From: Heterostelium pallidum
Lineage: Eukaryota
Direction: 5' to 3'
DNA length: 64,000 nt
Assembly (NCBI RefSeq): GCF_000004825.1
Contig: NW_008805068.1
Location: 1,797,471-1,861,470 of the forward strand
Shown here piece by piece: positions 37,451 through 48,615 of the stretch. Every line of letters begins with the position of its first letter. Position 1 is the stretch's first letter. The translations under genes and the position numbers were made by a program. A model generated the notes under the pieces. It was not told the origin of the DNA, ran no database searches, and saw only the letters and a list, made by a program, of their open reading frames with translations.

Positions 37451-38813
37451 TTACATATATGAAATCATTATCATTACTAATGATAATATTTCGAAATAAC
37501 CAAGTGTAATTGGTCCGACCGCTAGATATTGTTGATTGCCAGAGAATATATTTTCAAAGCATGACGATAGCATTCCCAGTGTAAATCTAATGAGTGGATT
37601 CTGCTTGATGTCGTATGGCTTGTTGGATCGCGTAGCAGTGACTACCTCGGTTGGCACCAACGACGATGGTAACGACTGGTCGCTAACCGTCGAAAGCAGC
37701 AATTCCAATATGATCTTTCCGGTGTCCTCCAGAGAATCTGCATCCAAAATCGAGGGTTGATCTGTTATCTGATGATAGTCGGGATTGTGTCCGTAGAATG
37801 CATCAAAATCGGTGATCATGATGGTCGGGACCGACGCCCATGAAAAGGGACCGTCGTCGCTGAGGAAAGGAACCGATAGCAGATGATAACGGTGTGCCTG
37901 GTAGAGTAGCGACATTCCAAAGTGTGAACTACCAACTGTCAGTCCACCCTGTTCTGGTAGCACGCGATACGACGCCACTATTGCATGGTCGACAAGCCAA
38001 CGCGGAGAGAAACGAGTGCGACCTTTATGCTCATACGGATAGGTCTGCAAGATGGGAATACCCGCCAGCCTGTGTCCCACGGCATCGACATTGATAAAAT
38101 AGGCGAATTGCTTTGGATTCTTTGCTAGACGTGAATGGTCTACAAACGACTTTGATCCGAGTGCACCCGGTTCCTCTTGATCAAAGAAAACAAACATATA
38201 AGGTACTTCAAGTTGTTGATCCTGATCCAGTTCCTGTTCCTGTTGCTGTTGCTGTTGTTGTTGTTGTTGTTTTAACTTGAAGAATTGACCTATCAGTTCG
38301 ATTAGTAAGCTTGTTCCAGCGAGGTTGTCGTGTGCGCCAGCAGTGCGATTCAGTCCCCAGTGGACAGTGTCGTAGTGCGCTCCGATGGCGCGAATCGGAT
38401 GCGAAATGATCGGTGTGCTGTTTGACCATACGATTATATTGATTCCGGTCCAGGTGGTGGTGGTGATGTTCTTTCCGACGGCATGTCGCTCGGTCCATTC
38501 GAATCGGTTCCAAATGATCTGTTCTGGTGGCACACCAAGCTCGACCAGCTCGTCTTTGATGTACTCGCGTGCCAGCGACCTACTCTCCTCATAGACAAAT
38601 CTTGAGTTTCCTATTTCAATGAGACGTTGAGTGTGTCCGATCACTGTTTCACCTGAAATACCAGTAAAAGAATGAGTGCTATCTGTTGTTGTTGTTGTTG
38701 TTGATGAGTCGAATGCACTGCCACTACTCGGTAGTACAGGGAAAGAAGTCCATCTCGTCAGAAAGAACAACGTCACCATACAAATGAGTACATGAATAAA
38801 CTTAATATCCATG
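37451..38813 (-). CDS. Peptidase M28 family zinc aminopeptidase-like protein with an N-terminal signal anchor.
   Basis: A continuous ORF. The core contains ...AIGAHYDTVHWGLNRTAGAHDNLAGTSLLIELIGQF... and ...FVFFDQEEPGALGSKSFV... (the M28 His/Asp/Glu metal ligand pattern). The likely start is MDIKFIHVLICMVTLFFL at 38813, and the upstream part of the ORF is AT-rich 5'UTR read-through. Confidence 0.72.
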
Positions 38814-39467
38814 TTCACAAAGTATAGATATATAACTAATATACAATAACTTAACTCTAAAGCAAACACAACAATCTATTAAACTCTAAAGTATATCTAT
38901 CTATTTTATAAATCTATATAAATATATATTTTTTTTTTTATTGTATGTAATTAAATAATAATTACTTGTGTGTTAAACAGGTTAAATAATATAAATATAA
39001 ATAGAATTATAATTTTGGTTTAAATGTATAATAAAGTAATATACCCAAAAAAATTAAATGTGTTTTGATGAACTTAAAAAAAAAAACATAAAAAAAAAAT
39101 TTACTGCAAACATAATAAATCAGTTGATTGAGTTGCCAATTCAGTTATGTATAAGATTTTTTTTTTAATTGTATACTTTGTTTTTCTAATCAATTAGCTC
39201 GAACTATATATTATAATTATTATAGTTGTGATCTCTATCTTAAAACGGATAACTTTTATATATGTTGGATTTTCATTAAACAATGATCGATTTTTTTTAA
39301 TAATTCGCATGCTATGTTATTGATTAACGATTCAAACTGATGGGATTAAAATATTATTTATTTGTTTATTTAAAATTAATTAAATATAGTTTACAGTTAA
39401 TTATTGTGGTTGTTATTGTTGTTGTTGTTGTTTAGAAAAATAAAATATTGATAACACAAATTAAAAT

Positions 39468-41998
39468 AATTTAAAAAACAATGTTGTAATATTGACGATT
39501 GAGTTCAGAGTCACCCTTTCTTTTCGAGATATCTTTCTTTGCACCACTTAGCACCAATGCTTTATGAGTACTCTTCATCTTGTAGAAAACTTTGGTGGTT
39601 TCATCCGATACCTTTTCGACCTTCTTGTCACGGTTACGCAGGCATTCGATGATTGCCTCCTCCAACTCGCTCTTCAACACTGAGAAGTTGTAGTACTCCT
39701 CGAACTGCTCGTCGGTACTACGAATACGTTCCATTAGACGCGAACCAGCCTTCAAGAAGAGACGCGCCATTACAAAGTCACCTTGATCCGAGATCTTGGC
39801 GCAGTGCTGGGTGACCGCCATTCCGAGCAAACTCAGATTGGCACTGGTTTCTGCCTCCTTTGGTTTCTGTGTGGTCAGTTTCTGCGAGGAGATGACACGC
39901 AGACAACGCATGCCGTCGAGACGGGTGTATTGAATTTGTGTTTGGAATGGATATTCACGTTGGACATCTTTAGTGACACGAGTACGCAGTCCAAACATAA
40001 AAGTGAGGTCGGTCTGCTCGGTGACATTGGAAAACTCCTTCACGATACGACTGAGATTCGCTTTGGAGTCGTAACGAGTGAATTCCAGGTGTGGATGGAG
40101 GACGATGCTCAACTCGACATCGGTGGCGACCACTGGATTCTGAGTGAGTTTACGAATCTCTCTTGCCATCTCCAGTGGATGGATAGTGGTGACTGTACCT
40201 TTGGTATCTTCGGCGACACGACCAATCACACCGAGATCGATCTCACAACCACTGATACCGAGGATGCTGACCGAGGTCTTATTGTTCTTTGCGTATTGTG
40301 TGACCGCTTCGTAGAATGCACGAGCTGGAGCCAATGGAAGATCTTCAATCGCTCCCAATCCGACGTTTGGCATACCGTCGGTACAGATTACCACTTCACC
40401 GAGTGGACGCTGTGAAGCAATGGCAGCGGCAATCAAGAGTGATGGACCGAGTGCAGTCGATTGCACTGGCTCCAACGATTTGATTCTCTGCTTGAGTAGA
40501 GCGTTGGCTTCTTTGACGGTTGGAAGCGATGCGTATGATTTCATACTGGTTCCCAATCGGATGAGCTCATCGTAGTCATCGAGCTTGTCACCGGCAATAG
40601 TGATGGAATCTTCTGCCGATTGACCGTGAATGACAACCTCGTCGGAGAAAGTGATCAGAACGACACGACGATTTGGACATTGAATGACGAGACGGTCCAA
40701 CATCGTTGGAAGCGATGATTGGACACACTCCAGTCTGGAGATGTAAGATGGACCGGATGGTGCCGATCCTTTGTTTCTGAGATTCTTCCATTCGCTCTGA
40801 AGTTGTGGCACCTCAGTGGTGATACCCATCGAACCAGAGACATCAATGCAATAGACAATGATGGATTCTTCCTTTTTGTGCTCGCTGACATTCGGTGCCG
40901 ACAAGATATACTCAACGGAATCCTTACCTGGAATCTCTTCTTTATCGATTCTGAGATTCTCATTGACTTGCTTGCAGAATTCACACTCCCAATTGTAGGT
41001 GTTGGTACCTGTCATCTTGAGATTGGAATAACGATTGAGAATAACATTGCAACCGAAACACTTGATTGCATCACCTGTCATCATTGGAACTGCTGAAGTC
41101 AATGAGGACATCGAAGAACACAACACATTGACATCCAACGCTTCTGTAGAAACTTCACCTTCGTGATTTTTCTTTGGTTTTGGTTCTTTGGAAGATTTGC
41201 TTCCAAATAATTTACTTAAAAATCCACCACTACCACTAGATGAGCTTGAAGTTGTAGAAGTTGATACAATTGGTTTTAATCCATGAATTGTACATTGTTT
41301 TCTATATGAATCTTCAATCTGAAAAAAAAAAAAAAAGAGATTGGAAATTTAATAATTATTAACTTTTTAGATTTTTGGATAATAAATTAACTTACAGTTG
41401 GATCATATTCCTCAATGAAATGACCTTGAATGAATTGGATGATGATTGCACTCTTACCGACACCACCGCTACCGATGACAACCACTTTGTACTCCATACG
41501 AGAACGTGGGGTGATACGGACGACCTCGAAGAATGCATCTTCGATATTGATTCTGGTTTTGGCCGATGTCTCAATAAAGAGACACTTCAAACGGCGAGCC
41601 AACGCTTCACCCTCGCCTCTGCTGACCTGACGATGTGAATCCAAATCGATTTTGTTACCGACGACAATCACTGGGATCGAATCGCTGTCCTTGACACGCT
41701 CGAGATGTCTTCGCAGTGGTTCGACCTCCTCGAATGAGTTACGGTTGGTGACATCGTAGACAATGACATAGCAATCACCGGTTCTGACATATTGGTCACG
41801 CATCACCGAGTACTCCTCCTGACCTGCTGTGTCCAAGATATCCAACAAACAAGTGGCCGAGTCCAATTTGGAACTGACTTTTCCATACAGCGATGAACTG
41901 GCACTGGTATTCTTATAGTCCAATTCCTTCTCGTCGATCCACTCTAATTTCTTTTCATGAGTTGGATCTACTAAAACATAATCTGATACAAATTCCAT
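39468..41998 (-). CDS. cpRAS-VWA protein, about 818 aa. A circularly permuted Ras-family GTPase domain (order G3-G4-G5-G1-G2) is fused to a Cys4 zinc ribbon, a vWA domain with a complete MIDAS motif, and a C-terminal helical region. Exons: complement(join(39468..41318, 41393..41998)).
   Basis: Exon 1 has a 47-aa leader followed by TCLLDILDTAGQEEYSVMRDQY... (G3), ...VVGNKIDL... (G4) and ...ETSAKT... (G5). The same frame then continues RITPRSRMEYKVVVIGSGGVGKSAIIIQFIQGHFIEEYDPT (G1 plus switch I). A canonical ACT|GTAAGT donor is followed by a 74-bp intron with a ttttcag| acceptor. Exon 2 begins IEDSYRKQCTIHG, i.e. Ras Thr35 in DPTIEDSYRKQ. The rest is a CxxC...CxxC ribbon and the vWA domain (VYCIDVSGSMG ... 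VICTDGMPNVG). Confidence 0.85.
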
Positions 41999-42940
41999 TT
42001 TATTTTTACTTTTGAAATATTATATGTTTGGGAAAAATTAATTAAAAAAAAGTCTGAAAATTATTGATATGTTTTTTAAAAAAAACGTTTGATATTTATA
42101 TTTCTAAATATATATAAGAAATTATTATTCTTTATATTATAAAAGTTAAAGGTATGATAATAATATAATTAAAAGATTAAAATTATATTATTTGAACTAA
42201 TTACAAAAGTGTGAGCGATACTAATTTACAAGGTTTATTTTTATTTATAAAAGATAGATAGATATATATAATTTATCTGTTATTCTTATTCTATATTATA
42301 AAATAAATTACTCGAGTCTTAAATAAAGTTGAAGATTGAGCAAAAATCCAAAAAAGATAAAAAAAGCAACAAAAATTTCAATGAACTCATTTTTAAGAAA
42401 TTATTTTGATCAAAAAAATTTTACTTTTGTGGTTTTTTTTTTTGTTTTTGTGTTGATCAACCACTTTATCCACCTAACAGATTTAAAAATCTAAAAACAA
42501 AATAAATATGTTCCAATTATAGAGTGAAATAAATATCTGATTATCGTTTATTTTGTTTTGTTACCATAGACATTGATTTAACTGTTTTAAAACCTTTGTT
42601 GAACTGTTAAAATCATTTGTGGAATGAAATTTGAGTAAAAAGTAAACAATAACAATAACAGTAACACCTAAACTGTTTTGATATATATTAAAATTCAATA
42701 TATTTGCAAATCAATTATTATTTTATTTGCTTTTATTAAATTAATTATAGAATGTTGTTTGTTTGTTTGTTATTAATGGTGAATGATCATTTACAATTGT
42801 TGGATGTGATTGATTGATTGATTGTTTGAATGGTTGATTGTTGAATGGTTGATTGTGCTGTTATTGTTGAATTTTATACAAAATTGATTATATATATATT
42901 AATATTAACCTATCTATTACTTATCTATCTATCTATGTAT

Positions 42941-43645
42941 CTATTCTTGATTCTTGTAGAAACGAACGATCCATTCACAGATAGCAGCAGGCTTTGGATT
43001 GTCTTCGATTTCAAAAGTTAACTTGATGACAGCGTTGGCACCACTGGCATTCTCTACCAACTCTTGCAAGGTGAATCTGCATCTGAGATTGCAATCCACT
43101 GGCACTGGTGAGAGGAAACGAACTTTATTGAATCCACAATTGATGAAATATTGAATTCCTTCGATATTGGGCATGACTTCCTCTGCAAACATTGGTGCCA
43201 ACGATAATGTTAAGAATCCATGTGCAATAGTTCTACAATTAATTGTGTATTAAACAGTTCAAATTTAGTTAGGTATGACCGATCAAATACATTAATATAT
43301 AAATAAATAAATAACACAGGTAACTTACCCACCGAATGGAGAGTCAGCAGCTCGCTTTGGATCAACGTGAATCCATTGGAAATCACCGGTTGCCTCTGCA
43401 AAGTCGTTGATACGATCTTGAGTGATCTTGAGGTATTGTGTGACACCGAGATCCTTGCTAACGTAGGTCTTTAATTCGTCGAGACCCTTAAGAGTTCTTG
43501 TATTCTTTTGGTTTCTTTGTGTTTGTGCACGAACGACCAACTCTGACAACGATTTGGCAGCAGTGGTATTCGATGCGACAACACCGTCTTCCTCTCTCAA
43601 GTGTTGTGAGATCACTTTAATTCTTCTTAGTTGTTGTTTATCCAT
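42941..43645 (-). CDS. MaoC-like (R)-hydratase / hotdog-fold dehydratase. Exons: complement(join(42941..43236, 43323..43645)), ±3 nt.
   Basis: Exon 1 ends ...WIHVDPKRAADSPFGG with a GG|GTAAGT donor. Exon 2 begins after aattgtag| with ...TIAHGFLTLSLAPMF.... The motif PFGGTIAHGFLT is characteristic of MaoC dehydratases. Confidence 0.8.
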
Positions 43646-43977
43646 ATCTAATCTAATCTAATCTAATTTAATCTAATTTCCTATTATTAATTAATTAATT
43701 AATTATAATAATAAAATGGTTTGGAATGATGATGAAAAGAAAAACAATTTAATATCTCTCTAATAAAACACTATTACAAAAAACATAAATATAAAAAATT
43801 TTAATGATGTTTCCATGGTGTGATGATTTGTTTTTGCTGATTGCTAAAAACGTAACGTTTTTTTCAAAAATTTGAAAAATAATGTGTGTGCCAGAATGGG
43901 GTTTGAATGAATGTCGATTAATGATTATCATATTAATTATTAACAATTTTATTGATTGAATTATATATTTAAAAGTA

Positions 43978-44969
43978 ATGGCATCATTGGTCAATAAATT
44001 GAAACAGGTATTCTCAAGAGGTAGATTATCGGTTGGTGAAGATGTATATTTCGATTCACATCACTATCGTTTCCCAGCTCCTGGGTATGTTATCATTAAA
44101 TAGGAAAAAAAACAACAATCACATTATGAAACTATCATCTTCATCAATCATAAAACAATAAACAACAGTAGCTACAAAACAAAAATACAAACAAACAATA
44201 ACAAAAGTAATAATAATAATAGCAACAGCAGCAACGAACTAGTGACAATAAATACAGTGTTGCTAAAACAACAATATTATATGTTGTAAATGCATTCAGA
44301 ATCAGAATAGATAGTTAGTTTAGTTAGTTAGTTAGATAAAAAGAATATACATTTTCGTTTTGATGATTTGATAGATAGACAGACAAGACAGATCATTAGA
44401 TTAGATTGGAATTGTATTGTTGATTTGAAATTGATGATAGTTTCAGTTCAGATTTAGTTAGTTAGTTAGTTAGTTAGAAAACAAAAGAAAAAACAACAGT
44501 GTTAAATATTAATATTATTGATTTAATGGTATATTTTAGATCACAACCACCACCCGATGTAACACACAAAGTACCATTAAAGACAAGATCGATGACCAAG
44601 ATCTACAAGTACTTGAAGAAGAGAGGTGAAGTACAACATATGCGTCCAACACCACAGTTTTCAGATATTTCACAGTCCGATGCAGATGTATTGCGTGCAC
44701 AAGAGTACTACGAGAAGGAACCATACCCAGTGACCAAGCCAATTCCACGTGATCAAATGGTGTTGTTCAACGAGATCAACGGTGGTCACGCATACGACAT
44801 TCGTAACGTCAACAACTTCCTCACTCATAAATCAGACCTCGAGATCCCAGGTGGTCTCTCTGCAGAGCGTATCGTATTCACCTACCAAGAGTACAACATC
44901 GATACATTCGATCATATTCCAAAGAAAGTTGAAAATATCTTTTTAAATTCATTCACTTTCTTTGTTTGA
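43978..44969 (+). CDS. Hypothetical conserved protein, about 179 aa. Exons: join(43978..44084, 44540..44969).
   Basis: Exon 1 MASLVNKLKQVFSRGRLSVGEDVYFDSHHYRFPAPG ends with a GG|GTATGT donor. Exon 2 begins after atattttag| in phase with ORF 44499..44969 (...EYYEKEPYPVTKPIPRDQMVLFNEINGGHAYDIRNV...). A possible small mitochondrial/complex-I accessory-type protein, but no confident family. Confidence 0.5.
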
Positions 44970-45920
44970 TTTATAAATAACATAACATAACATAGCATAT
45001 CATATCAAATCATTAACAAAACATTCACATACACATAAACAACAAACAACCTAATCCTCATATTACTTTTTTCTAAAAAAAAAAAAGTAGAATTAGAGAA
45101 GAATCGATCTCAAAACAAAACAAAACAAAACAAAACAAAACAAAACAAAACCTCAAAATATAAATAAATAATTATAGAATTGTATAACAAAGATAAAGAG
45201 CATTTAAAATCAATTAACTGTTTATAAACAAAATAATACAAAAACAAAACAATCTAAAGATACTTTTGAGTGTTCAACCAATTTGTTTACCTCTAACAAG
45301 TTCATTGTTGTTATTGTTCAATCTTGAGTTTTTAAGAAGATATAATTTTTTTTTAAGCTTAATTTAAAATATTTCAACACATGTTGGATTCTTCGTTCCT
45401 TCACTCCTGACTAATTAATACACAGCAAAAACACAATTCCCAAATAATAATTGTTTTTAAAATATATAATTTTTATTTCTATCTCTTTTTCATATTTTAT
45501 TTCTTTTTCTTTTATTTCTTTCTTTTATAATTAAAGTAATTTCAACTGATAGAGAGAAGTAAATTAAAAAAAAAAAAAAAAAATTATAAAAAAAAAAAAA
45601 GAAATAAATTAAGATCTTGAAAATTTGAAATTATTAATATATTTTTTTTAATTAAATAAATATATTTTTATTTCATTCTTTATTTATATATATATTATTA
45701 CATAAAAAGAGAATAGTAGAATATATAAATTGTATTTTTATCTATGGTTATATATTATTATTGTTATTTTATCATAAAACAGTTTGTGTAGAAAGTAGAC
45801 AGACAGATAGATAGGATAGTAGCTGTAGTAGTTTTTAGAGTTATTATATAGTATTGTTATAGCTACAGTTATCGTTTAGGTTGAAACAAACATAAAAAAA
45901 CAAAGAAAAAGAGAAGAAAA

Positions 45921-47276
45921 ATGGAGAAACCATTATATCTTTCAGATTCAATGGCGAATCTAATTGCAAATCATGTAACTACTCTTGAATTGGACAAGAG
46001 TTATACAATCTATAATTACTTGGCTACTCTTAACAATCTTACGAAACAAGCAACCATCTACAAATCAGAGGGTGATCTTGAGAAAGCATATATATATTTA
46101 CTAAGATTTTGTGTGTAAGTTATATTATAACTAATTATCTACTAAAAACAACTATTGTAAATTGATAAAGGGTTTAACATTGATATCATTGTATATTATA
46201 ATATATATATTATAGGTTTACACTTGAGAAATTGCCTATTCACCCAGATTATAGTAATCCAAAGTTTGCTGGTTCGAGAGAGAAGCTAAAGAAAGATGCT
46301 GTCGATAAACTCTCAGAGTTGGAATCGATGAAAGCCAACTTGACTGGAAGATACAAGAAGCTGCATCAGCATCGCTATAAGGTGGAACAGGAGCGATTGG
46401 CTAGAGAGCGTGAGGAGCGAGAGCGACTCGAGAAGATACAGAAGGAGCAGGCCGAGAAGGAGGAAGAGGAGCGCAGACTACAGGCAGAGTTGGCCGAGCA
46501 GAAACGATTGGAACAACAGCGAAAGCGTGTCGAAGACCAGAACCAAGAGGAGCGTGATTTGATCAAGCGACGTATCGAGACCGAGAAGAGTCTGCGAAGA
46601 AACAGACTGGAGCAACAGGCACTGCTGATTCGTGCCGAAGCGGAACTGGAGGAGCGACGTCAGCGTGAGACAGAGCGACAACTGCAAGCGCAATTCGAGC
46701 AGCAACAGCAACAACACAATCCAATAGTGGATATCGTTAGCGATCCAAATTCATTCATCTATCAATCCAATGAGGTGGAAGTGGAGACACCCGATACCAA
46801 GTCACCAACTCCCATCATCCCTCTAAATACAGATGATCTACTTAGTTATTTGGAGATCAATGAAAAAGAAAAGAATAACAATAATACGACAACATCAACA
46901 TCTTCTAATTTCCTTGTTGATCCAACTTTTGCAACTCCACCACAACAACAACAACATGTAAATTCTTCAACAACAACAACCATTCCATCACCAATACCTT
47001 CTGCACCAATTGCTGTTTCAGCTAATAATAATAATAATAATGGTGTGAATGACATGTCACAGTATGATAGTAATCATAAGTTTGGATATTTGTCAATGGA
47101 CCAACTGGAGAAACAACAACAACAATTACATCAACAAAGACAACCAATACAAAGTGTAGCATCACCATTACAACAACAACAACAACCACAACCATTACAA
47201 CAACAACAAGCTGGTCCATATCATCAATATACTCAATATGCACAAGTTTCACCTGCACCTTTATCTTTACCTTCAC

Positions 47277-47307
<31 letters not shown>

Positions 47308-48315
47308 TTATTCATTTAATCATCATTTCAATGCACTACCTCAATATCAACCACCTTTTATCAATCAAAACAAGAATCAACCACAACCAACATATCTACG
47401 TTCACCACAACAACAACTACCAACTCATCAAATGCTACCACAACCACCACCACAACATCAACATCCACAACAACCACACAGAGTTGGTAATGCCCTACCA
47501 AATAATACACAAACATATTTGTCCTTGGCACAACAACAAATGCAACAACAACAACAAAAGAATATTGCAGTTCAAAGTACAAATATGTCACCAGTTGTTC
47601 AAACAGCTACAACAGCAGCGGCAGCAGCAACATCGTCACCAAAGCCAAATATCGATTCTTCAGAGGCATCCAAGAAGTATAGTAAGCTGCGTAAGGTAAT
47701 CATAGGTGCAGAGCTTTTCAATGATTTTATGAAGATGGCAGAGAATAACACTCGTCGTCAGATAGAAACCTGTGGTATTCTCTCGGGAACGCTGAGCAAC
47801 GATGTATTCAAGGTGACAACGCTCATCATTCCAAAACAAGAGGGTACCACCGATACCTGTAACACTATAGAGGAACACGAACTCTTTGAATATCAACTCG
47901 AAAATGATCTGCTAACTCTCGGTTGGATACACACACATCCCACACAAGATTGTTTCCTCTCGGCAGTCGATGTCCACACTCATTGTTCCTATCAATATCT
48001 CTTACAGGAGGCTATCGCAGTCGTTATAAGTCCAATGGCAAATCCAAAGTATGTCAAATTAATAATAACAATAATAATTTATTTACCACTTATCCGTAAT
48101 CATACTAATAATAAATTAATTTTTCTTTTAGCTTTGGAATATTTAGATTGACAGATCCACCTGGAATCCAAACAGTTCAAAAATGTAAATTAAAATCATT
48201 CCATCCACATCCACCAGTGAATGGAGTTCCTATATATACAAAAGTGGATCATGTTGAGATCGATTGGAAGAAGCAATATTCTTGTAAAGTTGTGGATTTG
48301 AGAAATAAGAAATAA
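45921..48315 (+). CDS. AMSH/STAMBP-like JAMM (MPN+) deubiquitinase with an N-terminal MIT-like helix and a long Gln/Pro-rich linker. Exons: join(45921..46114, 46216..48058, 48132..48315).
   Basis: The JAMM motif is ...EHELFEYQLENDLLTLGWIHTHPTQDCFLSAVDVHTHCSYQ... (ExnHxHx7Sx2D). The exon 3 product FGIFRLTDPPGIQ...FHPH... matches the AMSH C-terminus. Donors are GT|GTAAGT and AA|GTATGT, and the phases were verified. The coiled-coil region is ERLAREREERERLEKIQKEQAEKEEEERR. Confidence 0.8.
46900..47560 (+). repeat. (CAA)n / (CCA)n-rich low-complexity coding tract (Gln/Pro-rich linker of the AMSH-like gene).
   Basis: It translates to repeated QQQQQ, PQQQ and HQ runs. Confidence 0.75.
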
Positions 48316-48615
48316 ATGATTTAATTAATAAAAATGTTTTATTTCCATTGTTAACTATTATTTTATCAGCAACAGCACAGTATTATTATAATTTAATTGC
48401 CATTTAAACACTTTTTTTTTTTTCCCTTCCTTTTTTTGATCAATTTTTAAATTTTTAAATGAATCATTAACTAAGCCCAACACCACTTAATTTAAATAAA
48501 TAAATTCAAAAAAAGACTTATTGGAAGTGTCTTATTCTTTTGTTTAAAATTTATTTTTTATAAATTTATTTATTTATTTTTTTTAATATATTATTTACCT
48601 TTCAAATTCATAATC

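Noticed and set aside
39783-41096. Plus-strand ORFs of 210 and 125 aa opposite the cpRAS-VWA gene.
   Set aside because: Antisense shadow ORFs. The minus-strand frame carries the Ras and vWA motifs and the splice signals.
41387-41998. Possibility that the 'permuted Ras' is two adjacent Ras gene fragments, or a mis-assembly.
   Set aside because: One uninterrupted frame covers G3-G4-G5 and then G1 with no stop (…RITPRSRMEYKVVV…). The following canonical GTAAGT/cag intron restores Ras DPT|IEDSYRKQ exactly. A fortuitous juxtaposition would not preserve both the frame and the splice phase.
46375-47896. Minus-strand ORFs (poly-V, poly-L, poly-C) across the AMSH linker.
   Set aside because: They are reverse-complement readings of CAA/CAG repeats (TTG/CTG), so they are artefacts of the repeat.
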